This document shows, piece by piece, positions 14,859 to 26,468 of a stretch of 64,000 nt of DNA. Numbering within the stretch: the first letter of the stretch is position 1; each line of letters opens with the position of its first letter. The DNA is taken from NCBI GenBank assembly GCA_001643675.2, contig LSRY02000015.1, positions 1,178,001 through 1,242,000 on the forward strand. The letters run 5' to 3'. The DNA is from Monocercomonoides exilis PA203. Lineage: Eukaryota; Protista; Preaxostyla. The translations under genes were made by a program, and so were the position numbers. Below the pieces are notes generated by a model, which saw nothing but the letters and a program-made list of their open reading frames with translations, had not been told where the DNA came from and did not search any database.

Positions 14859-16919
14859 CATTGAAAAAAACAAATTGAATGAAGAGTGCATACTGATAGA
14901 GCCGACAAGCTTTAGCAATCCAGACACAAGGTCTTTCAAGAAAATCTTCCGTTCATTCAGATTGAGTTCTTGAACAACATCAAATTTGGTCAAAAACACA
15001 TTCAGTGCCTATGAAATATGAGTGTGTGTAGTCAAATTGATGGGAATAGAAAGAAAGAAACAAATAGTTTGAAATTTTCAAAGAGTTTTAAAAAAAAAGG
15101 AGAAAGAAATAGGAAAAAACGTAAAGAAAGGAAAAGAAAAGAATAAATCAAATATATCCATAAAAATATTCCTAATAATAAAAACACACATAAGAATCCT
15201 GTTCGATCCACTCCACGAAATTTGCAGTAGACGTGAAGCAGAATATCGCATAGACTACAAGACAGGCACTGATGATCAGCGTGAGCACAAGATAAAGCGA
15301 CAGGCAAGCTCTTCTTTTGACTCTTTTCCTCTCATTTATCGCTTCGATCCACTCAGCCTGTAGCACAATAGATTCACGTCTCTTCCTCTGGCTCCATTGA
15401 GAATCTTGTTCTCCGCCCAAGTTGCTGCTGGAAGAGAAGATGTTGTTTTCATTGGAATTACTGTTATTATCACTATGATTATTATTACTATTACTATTAC
15501 TATTATTCGCTTTCTCTCTTTTCTTTCTCTCAATCCTCTGCTCCTCTGCCACACGGCGCCGCTGAATTTCTTCCCGCTCTTCATCTGCTGAAAGGCTCTG
15601 ATTTGGCTGAAGGGACGCAATCACCCCAATGATTGAGGTTAAAGTGATGAATACTCCAAATACACCTGCAGCTGTGATAAGCTTGATGATGATGTGAACA
15701 AGGGAAAAAGTGAATTGAAAGTTGAATTCAGAAGAGGAAAAAAAATGATAAGAATGAAAAATTAAGTGAAATAAAGCAAGATGTGAAAATTACATAAGTC
15801 AATGAAGTGAAAGTAAATTATGTGACAGTAATCATATTTGGAAATTGCAAATTTGTTTAATAAAATATGTGAAAAGATATTATATTCATACTGTATCAAC
15901 ATGAATTCCATTCTTTTATTTAATTGTGATAGATCCATTCAAAAGTTGATATTTATGTTTGCACAGAATCAGTTCATTGATAAATAACATGAAAAAAATT
16001 AGAAAGAAATTTCATTAATGAAATCATCCAATGGCACACCATCCAATCTTTCAAGATAAATGAAAAAGCTGCGACAAAAGCACCGACAGCAAGTAATATG
16101 ATGCAGATGAATGTTAAAGAAAATTTTTCGGCTTTAAATTGCCCATGTATTTGAACTAAAATAGAAATCATTTGAAACAAAAAAAAAATAATTACCGTTA
16201 TTTGCAAATTATAAATGTAGATGTTTAAAGTCAAAAATATATTGCAAGCATACATGATAGAATCAACAGCATGACAGAAACGATAAATGAAACAACAAGT
16301 AATATCGGAAAAACAAGCAGCATTTGCATTAAATTTTTGTGAATCTGTTTTCAGCACGAATAATCAGATAAAATCATGTTAGTGGGAGAAAAAGTGATTC
16401 TTCACACTGATTCAATGCAATAAACACTTTGAACGGAACAATCTATTGTTATGCTTTTTTGAAGTGCTTCCAACCCAGTGGAAATGCCAATCACTAAAAG
16501 AAAAATGCTTAAATTGATAAAATTTTATGCATCATACCTGCATATAAGATTCCAGACGATACAAAAGCAGCAACTGCAACAATTGGGGTGAGAAACAGCA
16601 CGAACACAAGGAAGAATTGTGAGATAATGATTACAACATTATTTCTTCGCTTTGGGTTGCAAAAGCAAACGGCCAACAAAGAAAATACGGCTGTGAAAAA
16701 AAGCAATAGGCTCATCTTTTGTAAACCAGTTTTTTATAATGATTTGATTTTTTAAAATGAAAATAGTAATAAACAAACCCCCATGAAAATCCATACAAAA
16801 GACAAAGAAGATAAAAACTTAATCGACATGCCCATGATGGCGCATGCAAGGGATAATAAAATAAATCCCAGCACTCCAAACCAGCATCGCGTAGCAAGCG
16901 AATCTCGCTTGGTACACAT
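14274..16919 (-). CDS. ~568-aa polytopic membrane protein with 8 predicted TMs in two tetraspanin-like 4-TM halves and a Ser-rich tail; exons 16919-16779, 16715-16538, 16493-16408, 16344-16254, 16155-16040, 15681-15190, 15008-14894, 14761-14274
   Basis: All seven GT-AG junctions are phase-compatible (1707 nt). Hydrophobic segments: WFGVLGFILLSLACAIMG; FVWIFMGMSLLLFFTAVFSLLAVCF; IIISQFFLVFVLFLTPIVAVAAF; MLLVFPILLVVSFIVSVMLLIL; FICIILLAVGAFVAAF; LITAAGVFGVFITLTSIIGVIA; CLSLYLVLTLIISACLVVYAIFCF; LVGSITLVVFLYVLFSVL. No CCG motif, so the family label rests on topology only. Confidence 0.72.
14792..14858. repeat. (AGAT)n tetranucleotide microsatellite inside the last intron of the 8-TM gene
   Basis: About 16 perfect AGAT units, seen directly. 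Confidence 0.95.
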
Positions 16920-17090
16920 AAAGAATTATTTGCGAATCTTATAAGTATGGTAAACGATATGATCTTTCTGATCATTCACTCTCCAAAATAAAAATTTTTG
17001 GAGAACAAAATATTAAATTCTTCTTTTTCGCTCGATACAAAAGGATAACATTGATTTAAACGCACTTCATTTATTTATGTATTTTTGTTA

Positions 17091-20000
17091 ATGCTTGAAA
17101 GCCAATTTTCATTTCCATTTAATTGCAAAATCGACGCTCAAAGCAAAATATCAATATGGAGACAGTTGAATCAACAGAGCAATAAATCACAATTTTCACC
17201 TCAAAATGTTCCTTGCACTTCTTCGCCATGTGTTGAAAAAACTGGCGAGAAGTGTTTGTTCGAAAGGCAAGAACTTCTGCTTGAAGAACTTGAGGAAGTG
17301 CCACTTGAACTTATTGAAGGATTAAGGGAACATAGTCTCGAGGATTTTCGAACGCTAATTCGTCTTTGGACTCCTTCTTTTTTCACGTACGATCAGTTGC
17401 TTCAGATTAAAGCTGTTGAATTTGAAGATGAACAATCAAAAGGAAAAACTTGGACAGCTGAACTTGAAGCAATGGTTAACTCAACATTCAACAAAACGCC
17501 AAAACAAAAAGCTAAAAAGATAAGTCCATTACTGTCTATGCCCGAATTAGCTTCACAGGATTATCATACGCGCCCTTCTCAAGCCCATATGTTTGTATCT
17601 CTTCTTACGGTTGAAGATTTGGAATGGCTTAAAAAAGAACTTGCGCCAAAGCAAAGTTGGAGAGAACTTGAAAGCACATATATTGAAGAAGAAGACATGT
17701 TTGAGGAAGATTCTTCAACTATCTTTAGAGATGTTATCAACAAAACCTCAGATGAATCATGGAAAAGAACTCTTTCATTAAATATTACAGAAGGTGACAA
17801 TAGAAGAAAAATTGACTCACAAAATTCAACAAAAATTATTCGAAAAAATGAAGGAAAATCAGATGATAAAAATTCAATAAGTATTAAGAAAGTTTCATCA
17901 GAAAAATCTTCTGTTGAAGAAACCAAAGAAGACCAAGACGCAAATAATGAACAAGACTTAGAAAATGAAACTGAAACGGACAATTCTGCAAATAAATCTT
18001 CACTTTTTCTTTCTCCGGTCTCGTTGAATATGGCAAGGAAATCGGTCATTCGACGACTTGCAGTTGAATATGAGAATGAGATATTTCGCAAAAACGCCAA
18101 AAAACTTGAAAGACAAAAACTTTTTGAAGAAAAAGTCAGAAAAGGAGAAATTGAAGAGATCAAAGACAGAACAGTGAAAAATAGCATCAGTGAAAATGAT
18201 GAAGAAGTCTCAACATACACAAAAAATGCAGAAATACTTAAAGAAATGGATGAATCCGGAGATAATGAAGATGTTGATTCTGAAACCGGAGAAATTCTGT
18301 TCGGAGCGAAAGAGCTGAAAAGGAAAGCGCTGCGTAACCAGAAAGTGTGGGAGGAGAAAAAACTTCGAGATCAAAGGAGAGAGAAGATGGTGCAGCAACT
18401 TGAGAAAAGCAGAAGGGCGATGCTTGAAAAGGAGAAACAGAGGAAAGCAGCAGAAGGAAGAGTAAGGATGCTGAGAGAAAGAGAAGAGCGGCAAAGAAGA
18501 AGGATGCGCGCGGGGATAGGAAGAGTGTATAGAACAAATGTGCAGAATCAGTTGGAAAATGAGGCAGTGACTCAGAAAATGGGAGTTGAAGCGGACAATG
18601 AAGAAACAAAGATATCAACTTTTTCTGACTCATTTTCACCAGAACTTTGTTACACTTTTGATAAAATAGTACCTGAAGAGTTGTTTATTAACGCAAATAA
18701 TACATTTTCATCATCGTATTCTTCTTCTTCTTCTTCTTCTTCTTCTGGAATGCCAACCATTTTATCAGATAGTCCTTCAACCAAGCAACAACCTAATTCG
18801 ATCCAGACTTTATCAAACACTGAAATTCAAAACTTTTTATCAACAACTTCTTCTTCTTCTTCCTCTTCCTCTTTCACTTCCACTTTGTCTTCTATTCCTT
18901 TTTTTGATTCACCACAAACATCTCTTCAAACACTTAACTTTTCCCCACAAAGAACAACCTCTGCGCCTGGTTGGCAGCCAAAACGATCAAAAACTAAAGT
19001 TGTTCATAAATATGCTCCTTATTCTACAAGAATCAATGAAATTGTACGCTCTTTGAAAACAGGTGATGTTACAGAAGCAACATTATCTCAAATACAAATG
19101 AATTCATCCTCTTCTTCTTCCTCCTCATCAAAAGCACTTTCTCAACCAACTTGTCAAAGCAAGTCACAAACCACACAACATTCAAATCTCACTCAACAAC
19201 CTATGTCTTCATCCCCAGCTGAATGGGAGCTTGTCATTGAGCGCGGCCGAAGAGCGGCACAGCGCCGTTTGAAAAAACAGAACCAGAAGCGGAAAGAGAA
19301 AGAGAGAGAAATAAATAGAATGACAGCCGAGCGCTTGAAATCTGAGTTTGGAGATGAAAGTTACCCGAATTTCACTCCGCCGCTGACAAAACCTCAGTTG
19401 TCGCCTGAAAGGAAGATCAGTTCGATGATTTATGTTCCTTTTACAACAGTACAGCCTGTGAAAGTGACAAAGGCTGTAACTCCACTCAATAAATATGAGC
19501 ATTCTGCCAATCAGATGAAAAGAGGGGAGAATGCGAAGAGTTCTTCTTCTGATGTGTTTGCAGCACTGCCAATGACTGTTCAAAAGCAATTGGTTGAAAA
19601 AGAAGATGGAACAAAGGAAATAACAGGAGTATCAATTTTGGATGATAAAAACAAAATAAAAACTGGAAAATCGGAGCAAAACGGACAATCAACTGTTATT
19701 TCAGATGAAAAAGAAGAAGAAATAAAAGTTAAAACCACAGAAAATAGCAAATCGGCTGGTACTATACAATCTTCTATGAAAAGTCATTTGTCATCAATTG
19801 GATCTGTAAATGCTGCTGCTCCATTTTTTGATCGACAATACAAAGTGAATTACAAAGGCTTATCTTCAACAAAAGAAGACGAGCAGAAAACTGGTTCAGA
19901 AGCTAATTCCAATCCTTCCATGTTTAGTAAAGTTAAAATGGAACGTATCAGAGAAATTGAAGGAAAAGGAGGAGGAGAAAGAAAAGAAAGAGGAGAAAGA

Positions 20001-23000
20001 GGAGAAGAAGAAAGAGGAGAAGGAGAAGATGGAAATAGTGATGAAGAATTAGATGCATATGAACGGCCTATTTACAGATTCGATGAATCTTCACAGTCAA
20101 CACCTTGTTTGCCTCTTCAAGCACAAAAGCTATTAAAAAATGGATTTAATAATTTTCCTGTGAAAAAGAAGGATTCAATCAAAAAAAGTATTTCTTCTTC
20201 AGAAATAAGTGGAATTAAAAATCCGAACAAAATAAAGCATTCACCAGAAGAAGTGGAAGAATACATTCAGTCAGTCATTGCGTCACAGACACATAATTCA
20301 TCTCAAACACTTCAATCAGATGCATTATCTTCTTCTTCCTCATCATCAACTTCCTCATCCTCCTCCTCCTCTTCATCTTCTTCCTCTCTTTCAGCAGTAA
20401 CAGAAGCTCTCCCTCCAATTTCAATGACAGGCACCGTTGAGTTATCCTTGCTCCGCCTCACCCGCCGCCTCCAAATGAAAGAGGAGCTGCTGAAGAGAAC
20501 AGCCGAAGAGCAAACTCAACAGGAGCAGCTTGCTTCTTCTTCTTCTTCTTCTTCAGCGCTTTTATCATCAGGAGCCAATGCGAGTGGGAGTGCAGGGCAA
20601 AGCAGCGATGGACTAAGTGGAGGTAAAAGGAAAAGGCCGAGGTATGGCACGGCGTGGTATATTGACCCAGAGCTGTGGGATCATTGGAACCAGTGGAACG
20701 AGCTGGCAGAGGCACAGCAGATTGGAGAGAGGAAGCTGAAGATGATGGCGCTGGGGGAAGGGCAGCTGGACATGGAGAGAGAGAAGGAGAGGGAAAAGGA
20801 AATGAAGAGAAGAAAGATGATTGAGAAGATTTTGAGGGAGAAAGCAGAAAAGGAGAAGAAGAAGAAGGTGATGGAACAAGAAAAAGCGCCTTCAAACCGG
20901 CCGGCCACTTCTTTGTCGCATCCAACAATTCCTCCGCTTATGCTTTCTTCCACAAATCGTGCTGTGACTTCTTCAGTTACAGAAAGACAGTTCCATTCAT
21001 CTCAGTTCTCCAAGCCTTCTTCTTCTTCTTCTTCTTCTTCTTCACTTTCTCGCTTGCCACAAACAAATCGCGAAAAGTCTTTTGGAAAGCATAACACTCC
21101 AAATCAGAATCTTTCATCCACAACCAGATCAACCTCTTCTTCTTCTTCCTCTTCCTCTTCACTTTCTCTTCGTCATTCCCCTTTATCCTCCTCTCGCACT
21201 CGCTCCACTGTCCATCTCCCCTCCGTTCACTCCACACCCGCCTCACGTTTTCTTCCTCCGAATCCAGAGAAATTGGGATTGGCACACGCACAGCACAACA
21301 CATCGCTTCCGTTGCAGCGATTCACTTTTCTCTTTCACGACCAGCTGCCTCAGATGGTTTTTCCGCATATCACACGCAGTGCACCCACGAAGATCAAGAT
21401 GGATGAGAGAGAGAAAGAGAAGATCAAAGAGGAGGGGGAAATGGGGGAGAAGAATGAGAAAGTGAAGGAGGATGGAAAAAAGGATGATTTGGAGGATAAA
21501 AAAATAATAGGCTCAAGTTCATCGTCTCCTTTATTATCCTCAACAACCTCTTCTGCTTCTTCTTCTTCTTCCTCCTCTTCTTCTTCTCTGGAACGATCTC
21601 CTCTTTCCCAGTCAGCGCTCACCTCTCGTTCTCTCCTCTCTCACACCCCCTTTTCCACCCCCTCTTCCTCCCCGCTTTCATCTGCTGTTTCTTCTCCCCG
21701 CACTCTTTCGCGTTCTTCTTCACTTGCGCAATATTCTTCAACTTCACTGGAAGAGTTGCCAGTCAGAAAGGAATGGCAAGGAAAAGAAGAGGAAGAGATG
21801 GAGTTGGAGAAGCAGTACAGGCGCATTGAAAGGAAATACGGGCAAGTTGGAGGGTGGAGTGAGCTGGATGTGCTGATGGAGGACGAATCGTCTGGATTCA
21901 GTGACGATGATGATGATGAGAGTGATAAAAATAATGAGGAAATGGATGTTGATATGATTGAAGAGGAAGAAGGGGAAAGAGAAGGAGAAGGAGAAGGAGG
22001 TAAAGGAGAAAATGAGTTTGATTCAGACCTAAAGAATTTAAAGCTTACGAATGAAAAGAGCGAAAAAGAAAATTTTGGCCGATTGTTTTCTGGAAATCCT
22101 TCTTCTTATTCCACTTCTTCTTCTTCCTCTTCCTCTTTATCTCGTTCATCCTCACAGCAATCACTTGCCCCACTCACAAAACCACTTTCGCGCCCTTCCA
22201 CACAAACGTCACTCTTTCACTTGAATCTTCCTGTTCAACCGTCTTCTCTTTCTTCAGGTACAACAAGTGCTCAGCTTGCCTCTCCTCATTCTGTGCCTTC
22301 TTCAGCTCTGCAAAGAAGAGATTCATTTTCTGCTTCAACAACAAAGCAATCCCTTTCTCCAAAGCCTTCGTTTTCTACTATTCCTTTGACTCTGAATGGA
22401 AGCTCGGCTCAGCTAAGAAGCTCAACTGCTCATTTGCAAAAGGTTCAGCCTTCTTCCTCTTCCTCCTCCTCCTCCTCTTCTTCTTCTTCAACAATCTCTT
22501 CATCCACTTCATCCTCATCATCATCACCTTCTTCTTCTTCTTCTTCTCCCCTGTCTGACACACGCCCCACTCTTCCTGTTTCCACTCCTCCACAGCCCAA
22601 AGTGATCATGGCTAAAGCACTTGCACACCATCTAACTGAAAGAGAAGAAGAGCGGATGGCTCTGTCGCATCGCCGTGTGCTTTCGCTCTCTCGTCTTCTG
22701 TCTCTTTTTTTGGATGCCGTTTCTGTTGTCCAGAAGCGGGAGCAGTTTATGCGAGAGACGGGGGCGCCTGAATCAGTGGCCATCAACATATACCCAGACC
22801 CACCTCCTGTGGCACACAACAAGTGGATGCTGACGATGCTGCCGGGGCTGTTTAGGCAGCTGAAGGAGGAAGGGACGTGGGAAGACGCTGTGAATGCGGC
22901 GGCGGCGGTGGCTGCACAGCAGGGCGAAACGGCAGACGAGAAGAGGATAAAGAAGCAGAGGACGCTGATGGAGGAGGAGCAGAAGGAGAAGAGGAAGAAG

Positions 23001-23732
23001 GAGAAGGAGAAGTGGAGAAGGTTGAAGAGAGAGAGAATGAAAAAGGAAAATGATAAACTGCAACAGAACTCAAAACAATCAACAGCAAATGAAATGTTGC
23101 CAAGTGTATCACAGCAAAAGCATACCAAATACAATTCTTCTGCTTCTTCTTCAACTTCTTCTCCTTCCAATTCTTCTCAGAAGTCTGAGAACCGCAAAGT
23201 TGATGTTCACCAGCTGACACGCGAAACACTCACATGGCTGTCACAAATATCAATTGACAGAGGAGCTGCCACAATCAAACCTTCCTCTAAAAAAACACAG
23301 AAAGGCACGAATTCATCCTCTTTCTCATCATCATCTTCTTCATCTTCTTCTCAAACTTGTTTGCACAGATTGCCTTCATCTTCTTCTTCTTCTTCTTCTT
23401 CATTTTCCTCCTCTGAACAAACTCCTGTTCCTTTCGCACTCGATCCCAAGGCATTCAACCAGCTTGTCGACATTGTGTCTGTGATGGCGCTTGGAACAAC
23501 CGTCGCCAGCGAGGCAAAGGAATACGAGAAGCATCACAAACTGCAGGAAAAAATGGAGCAAGGCACAATCAGCGATCCGAACACAACTTCTTCCTCTTCC
23601 TCTTCCTCCTCTTCTCCTTCTCCTTCTTCTCATTCACCTGCCTCTCAGGTTCAGCAGATGACAACAAAGCCGTCTGAGTGTTTTGCGCTGCAGTTGTTTG
23701 AGGAATGGCAGAGAGAGACAGGAAAAATATGA
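17091..23732 (+). CDS. Single-exon ~2,213-aa hypothetical protein, poly-Ser with charged coiled-coil segments
   Basis: 6.6-kb open frame (track starts at TTG 17085; first ATG 17091) ending in TGA before AT-rich DNA. No domain recognised. Confidence 0.88.
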   Translation: MLESQFSFPFNCKIDAQSKISIWRQLNQQSNKSQFSPQNVPCTSSPCVEKTGEKCLFERQELLLEELEEVPLELIEGLREHSLEDFRTLIRLWTPSFFTYDQLLQIKAVEFEDEQSKGKTWTAELEAMVNSTFNKTPKQKAKKISPLLSMPELASQDYHTRPSQAHMFVSLLTVEDLEWLKKELAPKQSWRELESTYIEEEDMFEEDSSTIFRDVINKTSDESWKRTLSLNITEGDNRRKIDSQNSTKIIRKNEGKSDDKNSISIKKVSSEKSSVEETKEDQDANNEQDLENETETDNSANKSSLFLSPVSLNMARKSVIRRLAVEYENEIFRKNAKKLERQKLFEEKVRKGEIEEIKDRTVKNSISENDEEVSTYTKNAEILKEMDESGDNEDVDSETGEILFGAKELKRKALRNQKVWEEKKLRDQRREKMVQQLEKSRRAMLEKEKQRKAAEGRVRMLREREERQRRRMRAGIGRVYRTNVQNQLENEAVTQKMGVEADNEETKISTFSDSFSPELCYTFDKIVPEELFINANNTFSSSYSSSSSSSSSGMPTILSDSPSTKQQPNSIQTLSNTEIQNFLSTTSSSSSSSSFTSTLSSIPFFDSPQTSLQTLNFSPQRTTSAPGWQPKRSKTKVVHKYAPYSTRINEIVRSLKTGDVTEATLSQIQMNSSSSSSSSSKALSQPTCQSKSQTTQHSNLTQQPMSSSPAEWELVIERGRRAAQRRLKKQNQKRKEKEREINRMTAERLKSEFGDESYPNFTPPLTKPQLSPERKISSMIYVPFTTVQPVKVTKAVTPLNKYEHSANQMKRGENAKSSSSDVFAALPMTVQKQLVEKEDGTKEITGVSILDDKNKIKTGKSEQNGQSTVISDEKEEEIKVKTTENSKSAGTIQSSMKSHLSSIGSVNAAAPFFDRQYKVNYKGLSSTKEDEQKTGSEANSNPSMFSKVKMERIREIEGKGGGERKERGERGEEERGEGEDGNSDEELDAYERPIYRFDESSQSTPCLPLQAQKLLKNGFNNFPVKKKDSIKKSISSSEISGIKNPNKIKHSPEEVEEYIQSVIASQTHNSSQTLQSDALSSSSSSSTSSSSSSSSSSSSLSAVTEALPPISMTGTVELSLLRLTRRLQMKEELLKRTAEEQTQQEQLASSSSSSSALLSSGANASGSAGQSSDGLSGGKRKRPRYGTAWYIDPELWDHWNQWNELAEAQQIGERKLKMMALGEGQLDMEREKEREKEMKRRKMIEKILREKAEKEKKKKVMEQEKAPSNRPATSLSHPTIPPLMLSSTNRAVTSSVTERQFHSSQFSKPSSSSSSSSSLSRLPQTNREKSFGKHNTPNQNLSSTTRSTSSSSSSSSSLSLRHSPLSSSRTRSTVHLPSVHSTPASRFLPPNPEKLGLAHAQHNTSLPLQRFTFLFHDQLPQMVFPHITRSAPTKIKMDEREKEKIKEEGEMGEKNEKVKEDGKKDDLEDKKIIGSSSSSPLLSSTTSSASSSSSSSSSSLERSPLSQSALTSRSLLSHTPFSTPSSSPLSSAVSSPRTLSRSSSLAQYSSTSLEELPVRKEWQGKEEEEMELEKQYRRIERKYGQVGGWSELDVLMEDESSGFSDDDDDESDKNNEEMDVDMIEEEEGEREGEGEGGKGENEFDSDLKNLKLTNEKSEKENFGRLFSGNPSSYSTSSSSSSSLSRSSSQQSLAPLTKPLSRPSTQTSLFHLNLPVQPSSLSSGTTSAQLASPHSVPSSALQRRDSFSASTTKQSLSPKPSFSTIPLTLNGSSAQLRSSTAHLQKVQPSSSSSSSSSSSSSTISSSTSSSSSSPSSSSSSPLSDTRPTLPVSTPPQPKVIMAKALAHHLTEREEERMALSHRRVLSLSRLLSLFLDAVSVVQKREQFMRETGAPESVAINIYPDPPPVAHNKWMLTMLPGLFRQLKEEGTWEDAVNAAAAVAAQQGETADEKRIKKQRTLMEEEQKEKRKKEKEKWRRLKRERMKKENDKLQQNSKQSTANEMLPSVSQQKHTKYNSSASSSTSSPSNSSQKSENRKVDVHQLTRETLTWLSQISIDRGAATIKPSSKKTQKGTNSSSFSSSSSSSSSQTCLHRLPSSSSSSSSSFSSSEQTPVPFALDPKAFNQLVDIVSVMALGTTVASEAKEYEKHHKLQEKMEQGTISDPNTTSSSSSSSSSPSPSSHSPASQVQQMTTKPSECFALQLFEEWQRETGKI

Positions 23733-24283
23733 GTCTGATTATGTTGTTGATATCTTTTTTTGTATGTATTTAATTTAATATGTAATTACATGTGTGTGAA
23801 TGAGTGTGAGAAAGAGTTCATATATGTTTTATTAAAGTCTTTCAGAATATTAGGTTGTTTAACTATATGAAGTGTTTAAATGTTTTATTGTTATCATCTC
23901 ATTGTTTTATTGTTTGATCATTGTTTAATTATTTTTTTGATGCTTTGTTTCATAAAATATATCCCTTCTCTCATATTTTCTTTCGTCTCCATTTTTTATA
24001 TCTTCATTTGAATAAAGTTTGGGTTATGAATTGTGATTTTATTAAATATAATTTTAATAAATGAATTAAAGAATAAGTATATCGAACAAAAATTGCAAAA
24101 ACAAAAAATTTCAGAAGCATTCGAATTGTTATAAAAGATATGTTATCATATATGAGTGAAAGGAAAACAAATAAAATGTAGTGTTCTTGGAGGAAAATAA
24201 GAACTGTAAAGCTTTTTTGTTCAAAGCACAAAAAATAGTTTCACTCATTCCTTTATAAAACTCTTTCAGATCACAAAAAAAAT

Positions 24284-24422
24284 AAAAGAAAAGAAAAGAA
24301 AAGAAAAGAAAAGAAAAGAAAAGAAAAAGAAAAGAAAAGAAAAGAAAAGAAAAGAAAAGAAAAGAAAAGAAAAGAAAAGAAAAGAAAAGAAAAGAAAAAA
24401 AGAAAGAAAGAAAGAAAGAAAA
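24284..24422. repeat. (AAAAG)n microsatellite grading into (AAAG)n
   Basis: More than 20 AAAAG units, seen directly. Confidence 0.95.
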
Positions 24423-24541
24423 AGTGATTGGAAAATTATTTTTTTATCGATTTTGAAAAAAATGCTATTTGTTTCCTACAAAAGTTCTAGATTTTATGAT
24501 TTCTGGAGAATGAGAAAATCTATATTCAAAGTTTTCTCATT

Positions 24542-26219
24542 CAGTCGCTCACCGTTCATGCTAATTGTTAAATGTTACCAAAAATAATTCTCTATTTATT
24601 GTGGTTGTTCAAGTGAAACTAATTTGTTTATTTTTAAACTGGAAATGCCTTCAGTATTATCAACTTCAAGAATACCTTCATTTGAAACAGTTACAGCAGG
24701 ATTTCACGCCAAAATTATACCAACACTTCATTTCGTCTTTTTTATCTCGAAACTCTTCAAAAACAAAAGTTTTATTAATTCGTTCCTTCTTCGACGAATG
24801 AAAAAAGAGAAAAGTCAAAATTCCTTCAGACGAACGAATTGCAAAGGCACTCAGCTGGACCTTGAGTTTTATTTGTCAGATTCAAACCGGATATAAAAGA
24901 AAAAATGTTGCTGAGAATAAGAACATGTGAATGACCAGGAAACAAGAAAAAAGAGTGATGGAAATACCGAAAATTTCAGAGACAAAAGACAGTTAATCAC
25001 CAGAAAACATGAATGAGCCGTTCCGGTGAAAGTTTGTCATTATATACCTTCTCATAATTTTCATTCTTCTTTTTAATAAAGGCATTGCGAGGAATTGATG
25101 ATCGTCTCCTCAAGTGTGAGAGATGTGAAAAGAGTGAAAATGTCGGAACAAAACATTATCACCTGGAAAAATCATTTGACTCAATGTATGTGTGACAAAT
25201 ATTCTTCAATGATCTTTTGTGCTGATGAATCATGTTATCATGCCCATGAAGATACAAGAAAGATGAACCTAATTGTGGGAACAAATGAAAATCGTGAAAT
25301 TGATCACACACCTGTGGACAGAGGAGAAAAAAGAATATCATTGCTTCACTGCATTTCACTTGATGGAACCTTTGTTCCTCCTTGTTTTCTGGTGCAAAAA
25401 CCATTCAACATTAGATCCCTTCAATCTCTAGGCTATCAAATCGGAATTCATGGTTGTGTGGAAATCTGAAATTCGTCTATTTTCACAAAGGAGTTGTTCG
25501 AAAACTGGATTGAGAAAGTTATCATTCCCCATGTCAGCATGAAAAGAATGATTTTGCCAGACATACATGCACAAGCAGTGTTGATGCTTGATGGCTGCAG
25601 AATCCACCTATCGGATAATGTATTGACTCGACTTGCCAATTAAAATATCTTGCTTTTAGTTTTTCCTCCAAATGCAAACATTTTCTTCAAACATTGGATT
25701 TATCAATTTTCTCACTTTGGAAACTTCAAATTCAACAGGTTAGGCCTGGCTCAAATCACGACAGTGTGGAACAACTTTTATGGGTGGCAATGAACGCAAT
25801 ATTGCAAGTTTCTTCATCGATAAACATTTTTTCTGCTTTTAAAGAAAGTGGACTTGTGAATGATTTTCACAAAACTCCTTCAACAGCGCGGATCTTCAAA
25901 GAAAGCTTCGAAAAAGTGATTGAAATTGTGAAATTGAATAACAAATCATTAACACTGTCATGCACAAGAAAAACAAGACAAACAAAAGAAGGTGAATGTG
26001 GAATAATGAACATCGATAGAATGCCAGTTTGTTTTGGACTTCCGCAATAAACAATACTTGGTGAACAACAAAAATGTTTAAGAGTTTTTTTCATTCATAT
26101 TTCATGGAGCATTTCAAAAAAAACATGATTGAATAAACAAAATATTCATCAAATCTTTGTTTTTCTTAATTTCAATAATACAAAAAGAATTAACAATTAA
26201 CAAGAACAGTGAATATCTG
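24542..26219 (+). mobile_element. Decayed pogo/Fot1-like (Tc1/mariner superfamily) DNA transposon, ~1.68 kb, with degenerate 30-bp TIRs
   Basis: Left end CAGTCGCTCACCGTTCATGCTAATTGTTAA (24542-24571) matches the reverse complement of TTAACAATTAACAAGAACAGTGAATATCTG (26190-26219) at 23/30. The pair encloses a DDE_1-type transposase remnant. Confidence 0.75.
25095..26050 (+). pseudogene. DDE_1 (pogo-type) transposase pseudogene, DD35D
   Basis: Motifs IFCADES, RISLLHCISLDG-PP, LFENWIEKV, VLMLDGCRIH, LLVFPPNA-(H)FLQTLD. Disrupted by in-frame TGA (25467) and TAA (25640) and a 1-nt frameshift near 25678. Confidence 0.88.
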
Positions 26220-26468
26220 TTCCATTTTTACCTGCTGTTTTGTTAATTTATTCTTTTTTTGTTAAAAATGGTGTGTTGTTGATGAAAAAGCTATGAATTT
26301 GAAGCATACATATTTTGAATGAAATATTTTCCTTTTCGAATAATTTTTCGTTTAAAGATGAAAATTAACCATAATAAATTTATAACAAAATTCGTTTTAA
26401 TATCTTGGCAATCCCGTTTTGAAAGCAAAATTTGAACTCTTATACCCACAAAATTATATATCATTGAC

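Noticed and set aside
16712-16975. 87-aa ORF MIRKII as first exon
   Set aside because: Its frame hits stops after splicing at the acceptor tested. The overlapping frame from ATG 16919 splices in phase and encodes TM helices.
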